From an uncultured Chloroflexia bacterium (GTDB lineage: Bacteria; Chloroflexota; Chloroflexia; QHBQ01; JADMIH01), in NCBI GenBank assembly GCA_963797095.1, contig CAWCNY010000002.1, positions 512,001-576,000 of the forward strand: a stretch of DNA of 64,000 nt. The letters are read 5' to 3'. A model generated the notes under the pieces. The model did not search any database and had not been told where the DNA came from. It was given only the letters and a program-made list of their open reading frames with translations. The translations under genes and the position numbers were made by a program. Each line of letters begins with the position of its first letter. Position 1 is the first letter of the stretch. Positions 39,874 through 49,934 of the stretch are shown here, one piece after another.

Positions 39874-41469
39874 TTAGATCATATCGTCCGATATTACCCC
39901 TATCGGCTCTGCCAATACCTGTGGTAGAACCTTCGCCTTCTTGTCACCGGCAGTTCTGCTATTCAACAGGAAGATAATCGGAAGAACACCTTGAAGCGCA
40001 GCAATTGCAATCAGGATCAACCCTGAATTCTCGCGCTGGCTCAGGAACAAATACAATATCCCACCGGTGAGTACTAAGGGCGATAGAACCTGTGGCATCA
40101 GCCACAACGGATTCAGCGTCCCATCATGGCTCTTGGGAGTCGGACGGAAAGCCAGTGGCACTCTCAGCATCGCCATTATCCACGCGAGCAAATATATAGG
40201 CCATGTAGCATACATCAGCACCATAGCTCTCCATAACAAGCTTGCCTCCGCTGCTCGGTGTCTCCATGTTAGGAATGCCGCTTGCCTGACCAGCAACACC
40301 GAAATCGCCAAAGGGATGGCATGCAGCAGGTAGTTCTCCCACGCTATGTGTACTACACGATTCCCCCCGACCAGCACAGCGACCGTGAAAAACAGGTGTA
40401 GTGCTGCCACCGGACCGACCCAGTAGAAAGTGGAGCGTACCATATACGAAAGTCGCTGCCCCCATGTGAGCTTCCGGAACAGGCGAGGGTAAGCCTTTAT
40501 CAACACCTCGAACACCCCTCGTGCCCATTTTAGCTGCTGTGTGAACCACGCAAGCATCGTCGCCGGGGCCAGTCCAGGCGCGAGAGGCTCGGCCACATAC
40601 ACCGATTTCCACCCGGCCGCGTGTAATCTAATAGATGTCGCGAGGTCTTCGGCCAGCCCCGGTCTATATCCTCCGATCAATTCCAGGGCGCTTCGCCTGA
40701 TGAGGGCGTTGCTTCCCACAAGTGTGGCGCTCCCTATCCCATCCATTCCCATCGATGTCGGGTTATAATAATCGAGTGTGCTTTCCCCTGCGGCCCGTGC
40801 CACCCAACTCTCATCCCGGTTGCAGAAAGTAAGCATCACCTGCACAAACCCCACCTTCGGGTCGGCAAAATAACCGAGTGTGCGCTCCAGGAATTCAGGC
40901 ACCGGTGCGTGATCTATATCAAAGATCACCACGATCTCTCCATCTGTCCGCGCGAGGGCCGCGTTCACGTTCCCGGCTTTAGCGTCCTTGCGATCTGTGC
41001 GCGTCAAATACCCGGCCCCCAACCGCCTCGCCATTACTTCCAGTGCAGCGTCTTCCCCATCGTCCAGCAGCCAGGTCCGGTGCTCGCCTCGCATCGCACA
41101 GGCCGCCGCCAGTGCGCGCTCGATCAGACTATGTTCCTCCTTATACGCTGTCACAAAAACATCCACCGTTGGGGCTTTTCTCAACCTCGGTGGTCCTGTG
41201 CGCCGCTTAGCCCCCAGGTACAGTACCCAGTTGCCGACCAGTTGAGCCAGGTTGTATACCGCCGCAACCATCAGCGCCAGAGCCAGCCAGGGAGAAGTAA
41301 TACGTCCACCAACTTGCCACCAGCTAAAATAGTAAATGAGTGCAAATAGACCAAGCGTCACCAGTATCCTGATGGCCCATATACCTGCCTGCTCGCTCCG
41401 TTCTTCCGCCCTCTCCTTGCTGGCGATAGCAGGCTTTATCCCGGTCTGTCTACCAATCTCTATCTTCAT
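39874..41469 (-). CDS. Glycosyltransferase family 2, cellulose-synthase-like membrane enzyme
   Basis: DDG, KAGN, DID, AED, QQLKWARG motifs plus TM helices. Confidence 0.92.
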   Translation of the reverse strand: MKIEIGRQTGIKPAIASKERAEERSEQAGIWAIRILVTLGLFALIYYFSWWQVGGRITSPWLALALMVAAVYNLAQLVGNWVLYLGAKRRTGPPRLRKAPTVDVFVTAYKEEHSLIERALAAACAMRGEHRTWLLDDGEDAALEVMARRLGAGYLTRTDRKDAKAGNVNAALARTDGEIVVIFDIDHAPVPEFLERTLGYFADPKVGFVQVMLTFCNRDESWVARAAGESTLDYYNPTSMGMDGIGSATLVGSNALIRRSALELIGGYRPGLAEDLATSIRLHAAGWKSVYVAEPLAPGLAPATMLAWFTQQLKWARGVFEVLIKAYPRLFRKLTWGQRLSYMVRSTFYWVGPVAALHLFFTVAVLVGGNRVVHIAWENYLLHAIPLAISVLLVRQAAFLTWRHRAAEASLLWRAMVLMYATWPIYLLAWIMAMLRVPLAFRPTPKSHDGTLNPLWLMPQVLSPLVLTGGILYLFLSQRENSGLILIAIAALQGVLPIIFLLNSRTAGDKKAKVLPQVLAEPIGVISDDMI

Positions 41470-41484
41470 AATATACGCCCCATT

Positions 41485-42936
41485 CTACATTTTGGTCGTG
41501 GCAAGTATCCCCTTGCCCCAGTGCAGGATAGACGGACGAGCGACGATTAGCTCCTTGATATAAGGAACGCTCATCCAGAGTAACAGCAGGCACGCAGGCG
41601 CGTACCAGATTACTACGCTCACCTCAGTCGGCAGCCATACAAATGGCCCGGCAACTTCCACCAGCAAATAAATCAGTAAAGCGGAAGCGCTGAGGACGAG
41701 CGCCAACACAGTGATTTTGCGCGTGCTTACCAGGCTCACCGCGCCCAGCAGCGTTATCAGATACCAGGTGCGATCGATTGGCATAAACAAGAGCGTGAAT
41801 GCCACCATCACCACGGCCCAACCCCTGAGCATCTTCTCGACCCTTCCCTGGGCTTGCCATATAGCCCACAGGATCGCCAGCCCGAAGGCTGGAACGAAGA
41901 CCATACGGCGCAAAGTGAAGAGGTTGTCGGGCAGCAAAAGCAGCACGATCCCCCCCACCAAACCACTGACAAAGAGTGCGATCACCGGCACCTTACGAGG
42001 TGAAACAAGAAACAAATACATCACTAACAGAGGCGCTGTAACGAACTTGGTTGTGCTCGCTACGGCAATCGCCACCAAAGCAACCCACTTATGCCCCAGC
42101 AAATAAAGGTAGACCCCTCCCAGTAGGAAGAAGACTATCATTGGGTCAACGTGCCCCAGGCCCACCAGCACTACGATCGGGTTCCAGCAATAGAAAACCA
42201 GCCCGGTCAGCCGGTAATCCGGGTTCAGTCGTCCCAGGATCTTCCAGATCAGCGCGGCGTTGCCCAGGTTCAATGCCAGCAGCAACAGGCGGAAGGCGAA
42301 CAGGTTGGCCACCACCCCATCCCCTGCCACTGCTGTCATGATGATACTCATGGCCGTCCACGCCGGCCCATATAGCGATGGTACATACGTCCAGTCTGCG
42401 TATGTGTACTTCAACAGCGGATCACCAATGAAAGTGGCCGGTGCCACGGTCAGTGGATTTGCATGATAGACCGTGAACACCCGCCCTTGCGCTGCGTACA
42501 GGAAAAGGTCCGTGTTAGCAACATTCGGCAGTGCGATCAGAGAACTGAGCAACAAGAGGAGCGCGCCTCCACCTACCACTGCCACACTGACCCTGCTCAC
42601 TCCGACCCATCGGCTGATCACCAGTGCCAGCGTGTAACATATGATCAGCACCAGGGCGATAGCCGAGCACGTCAAAATAGCTGCCTCGGATGTTTGTGGG
42701 ATCGGTAGAGGAAGAGCAGCAATCCATGACCAGAAAGGTACCTGCTTGATCAACTCCGCCTGGGGAGCTGCCATGTACGGGTCGCTGAGTGGTATGAGAA
42801 GCTTAACCGCCAGGTAGCAGGGCAGCGCGAGACATGCTATCATGCCAAGCAGCCAAATAGCCCTTCCACTTTTTTCGCCGGAATATAGTCGCTCGGCGCC
42901 CTCAATATTGAGCAGACCTAAATAATCGGAAACCAT
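41485..42936 (-). CDS. GT-C membrane glycosyltransferase (MptA/MptB-like mannosyltransferase)
   Basis: D...Y..QGR, NP...P, YGP, WNP, GH.D motifs; many TM helices. Confidence 0.8.
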   Translation of the reverse strand: MVSDYLGLLNIEGAERLYSGEKSGRAIWLLGMIACLALPCYLAVKLLIPLSDPYMAAPQAELIKQVPFWSWIAALPLPIPQTSEAAILTCSAIALVLIICYTLALVISRWVGVSRVSVAVVGGGALLLLLSSLIALPNVANTDLFLYAAQGRVFTVYHANPLTVAPATFIGDPLLKYTYADWTYVPSLYGPAWTAMSIIMTAVAGDGVVANLFAFRLLLLALNLGNAALIWKILGRLNPDYRLTGLVFYCWNPIVVLVGLGHVDPMIVFFLLGGVYLYLLGHKWVALVAIAVASTTKFVTAPLLVMYLFLVSPRKVPVIALFVSGLVGGIVLLLLPDNLFTLRRMVFVPAFGLAILWAIWQAQGRVEKMLRGWAVVMVAFTLLFMPIDRTWYLITLLGAVSLVSTRKITVLALVLSASALLIYLLVEVAGPFVWLPTEVSVVIWYAPACLLLLWMSVPYIKELIVARPSILHWGKGILATTKM

Positions 42937-43207
42937 TGCGCGGGTCCTTCAAAACCCACCGGATACCAGGCTGATAGTGGCAGCAGTCGACTACCAATAT
43001 CTGCTAGAGACATGTACCGGTGCGTGGCGTGGAATGCAACCCCGTGCTGAGATCCTAGAGTTACGTTCGTCTTATTCTAGATTAGTATTCTTGCCAGGAG
43101 ATTTGTGTAGTGCTGAACAATTCTGTAAGGACTGTAAGAAGTCAACTATGTTGCTCCTTATGATCAATTCCTGTAAGATGGTGACTGCATGAATATCACG
43201 CCTGCAA

Positions 43208-45400
43208 GTGAACATGTCGAAAGAAGATCGAATGTTACAATTCGTCAAAGTCAAGCAATCGACCTCGAATCCTCTATTATCACAGGCACACGACGGCGTC
43301 CGCTCTGGCCTCCTGGCGAACGGTCTTCTGCTCCTTTTACTACTCCTTGTTATCATAGCGGGCACTACCGCGTATGTTTCCAGCGAGCACGCCTTCTATT
43401 CGTGGGACTACGCCTTCTACGAAGAATCAGCATACGGCACTGTAGACTACTTCCACGAATCACCTCTACAGGCTTTACGCGCCGTAGCCCATTCCATGTC
43501 GGACGACTACAATCTGGCTTTCACATTACCCATTTTGCCTGCCCTCCTTCTTGATCGCTCGCGCTTGACCTATGAACTGGCCCTTGCTCTCATCTACTTC
43601 TTTCCTTTCTCACTGGCGATTGGCGGCATAGCGGCCAACGTCGTGCCACCCCACTCACGCGCCGTATTCTGGTCGGCTGTAGGCTTGACCTTGCTCATCC
43701 CGATGGCATGGGTACCTATGCTTCGTGGGCTACCCGACGTCGGCGGCGCGCTGCTCCTCTCCCTGGCCCTCTGGCTCTATACGCGTGACCCGCAACTGAA
43801 GCGTGTCTACACCATGATTGGGATCGCCCTTCTCCTCACTGCTTCCATACTCTTTCGCCGCCACTTTGCCTATGCCGTTGTTGCCTTCTTCCTGGCCGCA
43901 GGTTTGGTACTTTTGATACAGGCCGCAGGGCGCATCAGACAGGGACGGACTGCGGCCCTGCAAGAATTGCGGTCCTCCATTCCACGTCTAACCTTGCTCG
44001 GAGTTGCCACGCTAATAGCGTTGATCGTTTTCGGCTTTGCCTTTGTGCAGCTTGTTCTCACCCATGATTACTCTTCACTCTATAGCTCGTTCGAGTTCAA
44101 CCCCTTCGTGGTCCTGACTTCCTATATCGACGCCTACAGTTGGGTGGTGATGCTCGCGGCGACAATAGGCTATCTTTTAGCCCTCGCAACGCACAGACTT
44201 CAGCAACAGGGTATCTTCCTCGGCATTTATGGGGTTTTGTTTCTGCTGCTTTGGTCGATAGTGGTGCGTCAGGTAGACTGGCACTATACTCTCCATTTCA
44301 CCCCTGTTGTTGTGGTGGGGCTGACCTCGCTCGCATGGACCGCCGTCCCCCGCCTTGTTCGCAGCACCCGTTTGCTCTTTGTCGCTGCCATGCTCCTCTA
44401 TCTCATCTGCTATATCGCTGCGGGACTGGGCAGGACGACTGTCGCCAACGGTCCCCTGCCGATTACCAGCTGGGGGCCTCTGCGCCGCGCCGATTACGGC
44501 CAGATGGCTAACCTGATTGCCTACCTGCGCACAATCGCTCCCAATCGGGAGCCAATAGAAATCGCCGCTGCCTCCCTGGTGATCAACGCCGACCTCGTCC
44601 GCGTTGCGGAGCAACAGTTATACGGCGTAGATGGCTCCATCCTGAACGTGCTACCCAACCCCGACGTTGACTCCAGAGGTTACTATCCCCTGGAGAACCT
44701 GATCCAGGCCCAATACATCGTTGTGGTCGATCCCTTCCAATACCACTTGAGGGTGGAAGAACAGGGTGTGGTTGCTGTCATGCACGATCTCTTCCAGGGA
44801 GAAACCGCTTTCGCCAACGACTTCACGCTCCTTGAACCATACTTCCAACTGGAAGATGGCGCAACCGCCCTCACATATCGGCGCACCCGGCCCACGAGCC
44901 TGCAAGTCGCCCTGAGCACGCTCGACTTGATCCGCCGGTACGTGCCGGCCCGCCCCGGCAATCAGCCGGAGTGGATAGGCGCGGAAATCCCATCGGACTA
45001 CGACTTCCTTTCCTATCGGGACGGCAGGCCCAGCGGCATAGGCTTCCAGGTGAGCCGCCCCGGCACTCTCTCGGCCTCGTACAACTCTGCCGTCACCCTG
45101 GCTTATCTCTCTCCCCTGCCCCAAAAGGCAACCATCACCGGTATCGCCACCTTCGAGGAGAGCACATGTGAAGATTGGACGGTCACATTCTCAACCACCT
45201 CTCCATCGGGCGCTCTCACAAACCTCGCCACTGCAGACTTAGCGCCCGACGAGAATGATCCCGACCGGTTTGAGGTTCCACTCTCGCTCCAAAACGTGGA
45301 CTACCTGCTGATGCGAGTGTCAAGCTCAGCCGGTGCAAGCCACACCACCGGCATCTGTACCCTGGAACTGCAAGTAGATCCCTTGCATGAAGAACATTAG
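43208..45400 (+). CDS. Polytopic membrane protein, probable GT-C glycosyltransferase; start uncertain
   Basis: WD..FY, about 11 TM helices, extracellular C-terminal domain. Confidence 0.65.
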   Translation: MNMSKEDRMLQFVKVKQSTSNPLLSQAHDGVRSGLLANGLLLLLLLLVIIAGTTAYVSSEHAFYSWDYAFYEESAYGTVDYFHESPLQALRAVAHSMSDDYNLAFTLPILPALLLDRSRLTYELALALIYFFPFSLAIGGIAANVVPPHSRAVFWSAVGLTLLIPMAWVPMLRGLPDVGGALLLSLALWLYTRDPQLKRVYTMIGIALLLTASILFRRHFAYAVVAFFLAAGLVLLIQAAGRIRQGRTAALQELRSSIPRLTLLGVATLIALIVFGFAFVQLVLTHDYSSLYSSFEFNPFVVLTSYIDAYSWVVMLAATIGYLLALATHRLQQQGIFLGIYGVLFLLLWSIVVRQVDWHYTLHFTPVVVVGLTSLAWTAVPRLVRSTRLLFVAAMLLYLICYIAAGLGRTTVANGPLPITSWGPLRRADYGQMANLIAYLRTIAPNREPIEIAAASLVINADLVRVAEQQLYGVDGSILNVLPNPDVDSRGYYPLENLIQAQYIVVVDPFQYHLRVEEQGVVAVMHDLFQGETAFANDFTLLEPYFQLEDGATALTYRRTRPTSLQVALSTLDLIRRYVPARPGNQPEWIGAEIPSDYDFLSYRDGRPSGIGFQVSRPGTLSASYNSAVTLAYLSPLPQKATITGIATFEESTCEDWTVTFSTTSPSGALTNLATADLAPDENDPDRFEVPLSLQNVDYLLMRVSSSAGASHTTGICTLELQVDPLHEEH

Positions 45401-45434
45401 AACTGCACATCGTTTCCCCAGGCCAATCTACTAA

Positions 45435-45463
45435 TTGACCCTTATCCCTCGACCTGCTATAAT
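45435..45463 (+). promoter_or_regulatory. Sigma70 promoter upstream of comM remnant
   Basis: TTGACC-17 bp-TATAAT with extended TG. Confidence 0.65.
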
Positions 45464-45534
45464 CGCGCATGCCAGCCTTCAAGGTTGGTCTCTTTGCCTG
45501 CTAAATTGATGACCATTTGTACAGGAGGACTCTG

Positions 45535-46000
45535 ATGGCCCTGGCCCGCGTCCTAAGTTGCGCCGTCGTCGGCCTTGAAGGCTCCCTCATCGAAGTCGAA
45601 GTAGACGTAAGCCGCGCAGGTATGCCTTCCATGGCGATCGTCGGCCTCCCGGACGCCGCCGTCAACGAGTCCAAAGAGCGCGTTCGTTCCGCCATCCGCA
45701 ACTCCGGCGGCACCCTCCCCCAGCCCTCCCGCATCGTCGTCAACCTCGCCCCCGCCAGCGCGACCGCTTCAAAGACGCCCAGAGTATCTCTACCAACGCC
45801 GAAATGCGCCCCGCCGAAATCCGCCAATACTGCGACCTGGATGCCGCGGGCCAATCCCTCATCAAAGCCGCCATGCGCCAGCTACACCTCTCAGCCCGTG
45901 CCTACCATCGCATACTAAAACTCTCCCGCACCATAGCCGACCTTGCAGGAAGCGACAGGATCGAGGCCGCCCACCTGGCCGAGGCTGTGCAGTACAGGCG
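45535..46000 (+). pseudogene. comM: comM/yifB Mg-chelatase-like ATPase with the central AAA+ region deleted
   Basis: N-term ([24 protein letters not shown]...VNLAPA) joined out of frame at about 45756 to C-term (QRDRF...NAEM...[19 protein letters not shown]...HLAEAVQYR). Confidence 0.88.
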
Positions 46001-46052
46001 GTGTAGCGTACCGCACATCTCAGGTTTCAGGTCGGACGGAGGATGGATTGCA

Positions 46053-46763
46053 ATGCCCACTTTGAAGGTCAACAACATAAATATCTATTACGAAACGCAG
46101 GGTGATGGGGATACGCTCGTCCTTATCCCTGGCCTTTCAAACGATATTTCAGAATACAAGGGTGTTATTGCCGGGCTTTCCAGCAGATATAAGGTCGTGG
46201 CGGCCGATAACCGAGGCGCAGGGCGCACGGATAAGCCTGAAATACCATATTCAATCGAGATGATGTCCGATGATACAGCGGGGCTTCTGACAGCCCTTGG
46301 CATAAGTAGCGTGCATGTTCTGGGCGTTTCTCTGGGTGGGCGCATTGCCGCGGATCTCACTCTGCGACACCCTGAACATGTCAGGAGTCTGATTTTGGTC
46401 TCGACTGTTGTTAAGCGGCAAGGTCAACGTAACTGGTCTAATCGCCTACTCAACGTCGCGCTCAGAGTACCTATCTGGAGAGGAACAGGAAGCAGGTATG
46501 CACAACCATATTACGCGCTTGCTCGGCAACGTGAAGCGGCAAGGAATTATGACTGTATGGACTTGCTGCCCGAGATACAGGTGCCAACCCTGATTCTGCA
46601 CGGAAGGGAAGATAGGATTGCCCCTTACAGCGTGGCGGAAGAGATGCATGCCCCGATAAAGGGCTCGCAGATGATTACGGTTGACGGCGGCCATTTATTT
46701 CTGTTTTTCCATCCCAGGCAGTTCGTTGGCGCAATTCTGGAGTTTTTGGCTGGCGTTTCCTGA
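46053..46763 (+). CDS. Alpha/beta hydrolase (3-oxoadipate enol-lactonase-like)
   Basis: DNRGAGRT, GVSLGG nucleophile, HGRED, GGH; GGAGG RBS before ATG 46053. Confidence 0.85.
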   Translation: MPTLKVNNINIYYETQGDGDTLVLIPGLSNDISEYKGVIAGLSSRYKVVAADNRGAGRTDKPEIPYSIEMMSDDTAGLLTALGISSVHVLGVSLGGRIAADLTLRHPEHVRSLILVSTVVKRQGQRNWSNRLLNVALRVPIWRGTGSRYAQPYYALARQREAARNYDCMDLLPEIQVPTLILHGREDRIAPYSVAEEMHAPIKGSQMITVDGGHLFLFFHPRQFVGAILEFLAGVS

Positions 46764-46910
46764 AGGGGAGAAGAGTAGTCCCATAATCAAGGGACATGCC
46801 CCCCGCCCCGGAACCGGATATGCTGGTATTACCCAGTTTGAGGTTGCCGGACCATCCCACGGACCCGCCGCGCTTGGCCTGTGCCTAACTCATGGGCTAG
46901 GAGGCAGTTC

Positions 46911-48776
46911 ATGTACGAACAATTCGTTCCCGTAGAAATCGATGATACCGGCCAGGTAGACTTCAAACTATTCCTGCCCGACGACACCCTTGCTTCATCT
47001 CAATATGATGGCGGCGGCCTGCCCCACATCCGCGAAATCTATGTAGTTGGCGACTTTCAGTCTTTCATGGGCGATCCGAATTGGACCCCCGTACCTGCAA
47101 CTCTCATGTCCAAATCTCAGTTTCAGGATACTGATGGCTCCGTCAAAGGTTGGCTCTATACCCTGCGCACTCCTAAATTGGACAAAGGCTTCTACCAGTA
47201 CAAATACTACGTCCTCTTCGAAGACCAAACTGAAGCCCCGCGCTACGTTGGCGACCCCTGCTCGCGCTACGGGGGCCGTTCAGACCAAAACTCGGGGTTC
47301 GTGATCGGCGGGCATAAGATCAAGCATGTGCGAGCACATGCTGACCGCACCCCATACAAGGACCTGATCGTCTACGAGTTGATGATCGACGACTTCACCC
47401 ACCAGTTCCTCAACGGTCGCGCACCCCTCGACGCCCTCAAGGATAAACTCGACTATCTCGTTGACCTCGGCGTCAATGCCATCGAATTCATGCCCTGGAC
47501 AGCATGGCCCAGTGATGATTTTAGCTGGGGCTACAACCCCTTTCAGTACTTCTCCGTAGCCCACCCCTACACTCTTGACCCCCAGAATCCCGCCGATAAA
47601 ATCTACTACCTGAAGCGATTGATCGGGCTTTGCCACCAAAGAAATATCAACGTAATCATGGACGGCGTCTTCAACCACGTAAAGTCCGAGCCTCCCCATA
47701 GAGGCTTCGGCTACTACTGGCTCTACGACACCCCCTCCGACTCTCCCTATGTCGGAAACTTCGCCGATCATGCCTTCTTCCGCGATCTGGATTACGCCAA
47801 CCAGTGCACCTTCGAATTGATGCGCGATGTTTGCCTCTACTGGATGGATATTTACAAGATCGACGGCATCCGCTTCGACAACACGCTCGGCTACTACAAA
47901 GCCGACGACCGCGCTCATGGCCTGCCCAAGCTCCTGACCGAGTTGCGCTCCCACCTGGCAGATACCGGAAGCTCTGACTTCGCGACCATACTGGAGCATA
48001 GCTGGGACTATGGTGCCATTGCCGTAACCAATCAGGTCGGCGCTACCAGTTGTTGGTACGATATGTTCCGCTCTCTATCCAGGCGCTATATGCAAGACCA
48101 TCAGATCGACACCAAAATCATGCGGATGCTCAATTCCAGCAGAGATTTCGGCAAGGACAGCACTCCCACCATTTGCATCCAGAACCACGATCATGAACCG
48201 CTCATCCAGAACGCAGGAGGCCGCCAGGCCTGGTGGAGAACCCAACCCTACATGATCGCACTCTTCACCTGTCCGGGTGCTGTACTGATCTACAACGGGC
48301 AAGAGTTCGGTGAAAACTACCCGATGCCGGAACCGGGTGCTGCCGATGCTGATCAGCGCGTGCAACCCCGCCCCCTCCATTGGGAGAATCTGGATGATGA
48401 GCCGGGCCAACGACTACATGCCCTCTATAAGCAGCTAATTCATCTGCGCAAAGATCACCCCGCCCTGCGCTCTCCTAACTTCTATCCGCCCGATTGGGAC
48501 GAGCAAAATCAGACGCTTGATGGCAATGGCTTCGGTCTCGACGTTTCTAAGCAGGTAGTGGTCTACCACCGCTGGCAAACCGCAGATGATGGCAACACAG
48601 AGCGTTATTACATTGTGCTGAATTTCTCCGACTTCTCCCAGCCCGTCGAAGTCCAGTTCGCCGAAAACGGCCCTTGGAAAGACCTTCTCAGCGACTGGCA
48701 GCCCCATGTACAAAACAACCGCCTACAATTTCAAGTCGGCTCAAACTGGGGGCATATCTTCTACAAAAAATCCTGA
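46911..48776 (+). CDS. GH13 alpha-amylase/branching-enzyme-like glycoside hydrolase
   Basis: IVYEL, GVNAIEFMP, WGYNP, DGVFNH, DGIRFD, QNHD; AGGAGG RBS. Confidence 0.92.
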   Translation: MYEQFVPVEIDDTGQVDFKLFLPDDTLASSQYDGGGLPHIREIYVVGDFQSFMGDPNWTPVPATLMSKSQFQDTDGSVKGWLYTLRTPKLDKGFYQYKYYVLFEDQTEAPRYVGDPCSRYGGRSDQNSGFVIGGHKIKHVRAHADRTPYKDLIVYELMIDDFTHQFLNGRAPLDALKDKLDYLVDLGVNAIEFMPWTAWPSDDFSWGYNPFQYFSVAHPYTLDPQNPADKIYYLKRLIGLCHQRNINVIMDGVFNHVKSEPPHRGFGYYWLYDTPSDSPYVGNFADHAFFRDLDYANQCTFELMRDVCLYWMDIYKIDGIRFDNTLGYYKADDRAHGLPKLLTELRSHLADTGSSDFATILEHSWDYGAIAVTNQVGATSCWYDMFRSLSRRYMQDHQIDTKIMRMLNSSRDFGKDSTPTICIQNHDHEPLIQNAGGRQAWWRTQPYMIALFTCPGAVLIYNGQEFGENYPMPEPGAADADQRVQPRPLHWENLDDEPGQRLHALYKQLIHLRKDHPALRSPNFYPPDWDEQNQTLDGNGFGLDVSKQVVVYHRWQTADDGNTERYYIVLNFSDFSQPVEVQFAENGPWKDLLSDWQPHVQNNRLQFQVGSNWGHIFYKKS

Positions 48777-48843
48777 CCTTGCTCAACACCTGCTCACATA
48801 CCTTCCCCGCCCATCGAAACCTACGAGTATAATGACAATGACA

Positions 48844-48971
48844 CCACGCGCCAGCTACACCTCTCAGCCCGCGCCTACCATCGCATACTAAAACTCTCCA
48901 GCACCATAGCCGACCTCGCCTCCAGCGACCGCATAGAAGCCGCCCACCTTGCAGAGGCGGTTGCAGTACAG
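48844..48971 (+). pseudogene. comM: Second copy of the comM 3' end (direct repeat of 45871-45997)
   Basis: [37 protein letters not shown]; first about 70 bp near-identical to the upstream copy. Confidence 0.88.
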
Positions 48972-49037
48972 ACCACGACAATCAGCTTAGTTACGTGTAC
49001 ACAGGTTTCGATTTCTTGGCAAGCACAAAACACCGAC

Positions 49038-49066
49038 TTGATTTGTACGGCATATTGCCGTACAAT
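49038..49066 (+). promoter_or_regulatory. TA promoter with palindromic operator
   Basis: TTGATT-17 bp-TACAAT overlapped by TTGTACGGCA-TAT-TGCCGTACAA (49043-49065). Confidence 0.8.
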
Positions 49067-49120
49067 AAGAGAGATACTGATCGACATATATTGAATATCT
49101 TCAACATCAGGAGGTTTTCA

Positions 49121-49429
49121 ATGGCTCTAAGAAAGCGAAAAGAGGCTTCGGTTACTTCGAAGATAGAACGTTTGGAAGCTCGTGTTACCTCACAACAGAA
49201 GAGTATCATACAGCGTGCAGCGCAACTATCAGGTCTGTCCGTAACCGACTTCCTTGTTACAAGCGCACAGAACAAAGCCGAAGATGTTATTCGCGAGCAT
49301 AACGTTATAACTTTGACAGCACGAGATAGCGTACTTTTCGCCACAGCGCTGCTCAACCCTCGCGAACCCAGTGCAGCCCTACGCGATGCGTTTGCGCAGC
49401 ATGATGCGGAGGTCATAGAAAGAGATTAG
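49121..49429 (+). CDS. DUF1778 (TacA/AtaR-like RHH) antitoxin
   Basis: ERLEARVT..QK..I.RAA.L.G.SVTDF...A...A...I; AGGAGG RBS. Confidence 0.9.
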   Translation: MALRKRKEASVTSKIERLEARVTSQQKSIIQRAAQLSGLSVTDFLVTSAQNKAEDVIREHNVITLTARDSVLFATALLNPREPSAALRDAFAQHDAEVIERD

Positions 49430-49934
49430 CGCCTACATAGTCGAGCGGCTCGATACCAACAAGCATAATCGGACGGCCGTCTCCTGTGGCGTGCTCCCGC
49501 TCGATGCTTATCTCAAAACAAGAGCAAATCAGGAAGCAAAGAGAGGAATTGCGGTGGTCTATGTCCTCTGTCCAGAGGATTCAGGCACAATTCTCGGCTA
49601 CTATTCCCTCAGCACGGCGTCGATAGAGATCACCCAACTACCCGAAGAAATGCGAAGTCGGCTACCACGCTATCAAGCTATGCCTACCTTTCTAATCGGC
49701 AGACTTGCAACTGACGAGAAATACCAGGGTCAGGGAATTGGCAAGTTACTTATCGCCTCCGCGCTCAAACGCTGCCTGAAGCTCTCTGAAGATGTAGGGG
49801 CAATAGCAGTCCAGGTTGATGCAAAAAATGACCAAGCTGCTACCTTCTATCAGCACTACGGATTCATTCCCCTCGTTAATGCTCCGCTCAGACTCTTCAT
49901 GCCCATGTCAGAAATCGCGAAACTTGTACCATGA
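49425..49934 (+). CDS. GNAT acetyltransferase toxin (TacT/AtaT-like); start probably non-canonical
   Basis: H.R...SCG..LD.YL, LIGRLA.D..YQGQGIG, VDAKN..A..FY; conserved N-term extends upstream of the GTG at 49491. Confidence 0.88.
   Translation: MSAYIVERLDTNKHNRTAVSCGVLPLDAYLKTRANQEAKRGIAVVYVLCPEDSGTILGYYSLSTASIEITQLPEEMRSRLPRYQAMPTFLIGRLATDEKYQGQGIGKLLIASALKRCLKLSEDVGAIAVQVDAKNDQAATFYQHYGFIPLVNAPLRLFMPMSEIAKLVP

Noticed and set aside
45804-46763. 319-aa ORF as a genuine novel fusion protein
   Set aside because: First part is a comM remnant and the hydrolase has its own RBS and ATG at 46053
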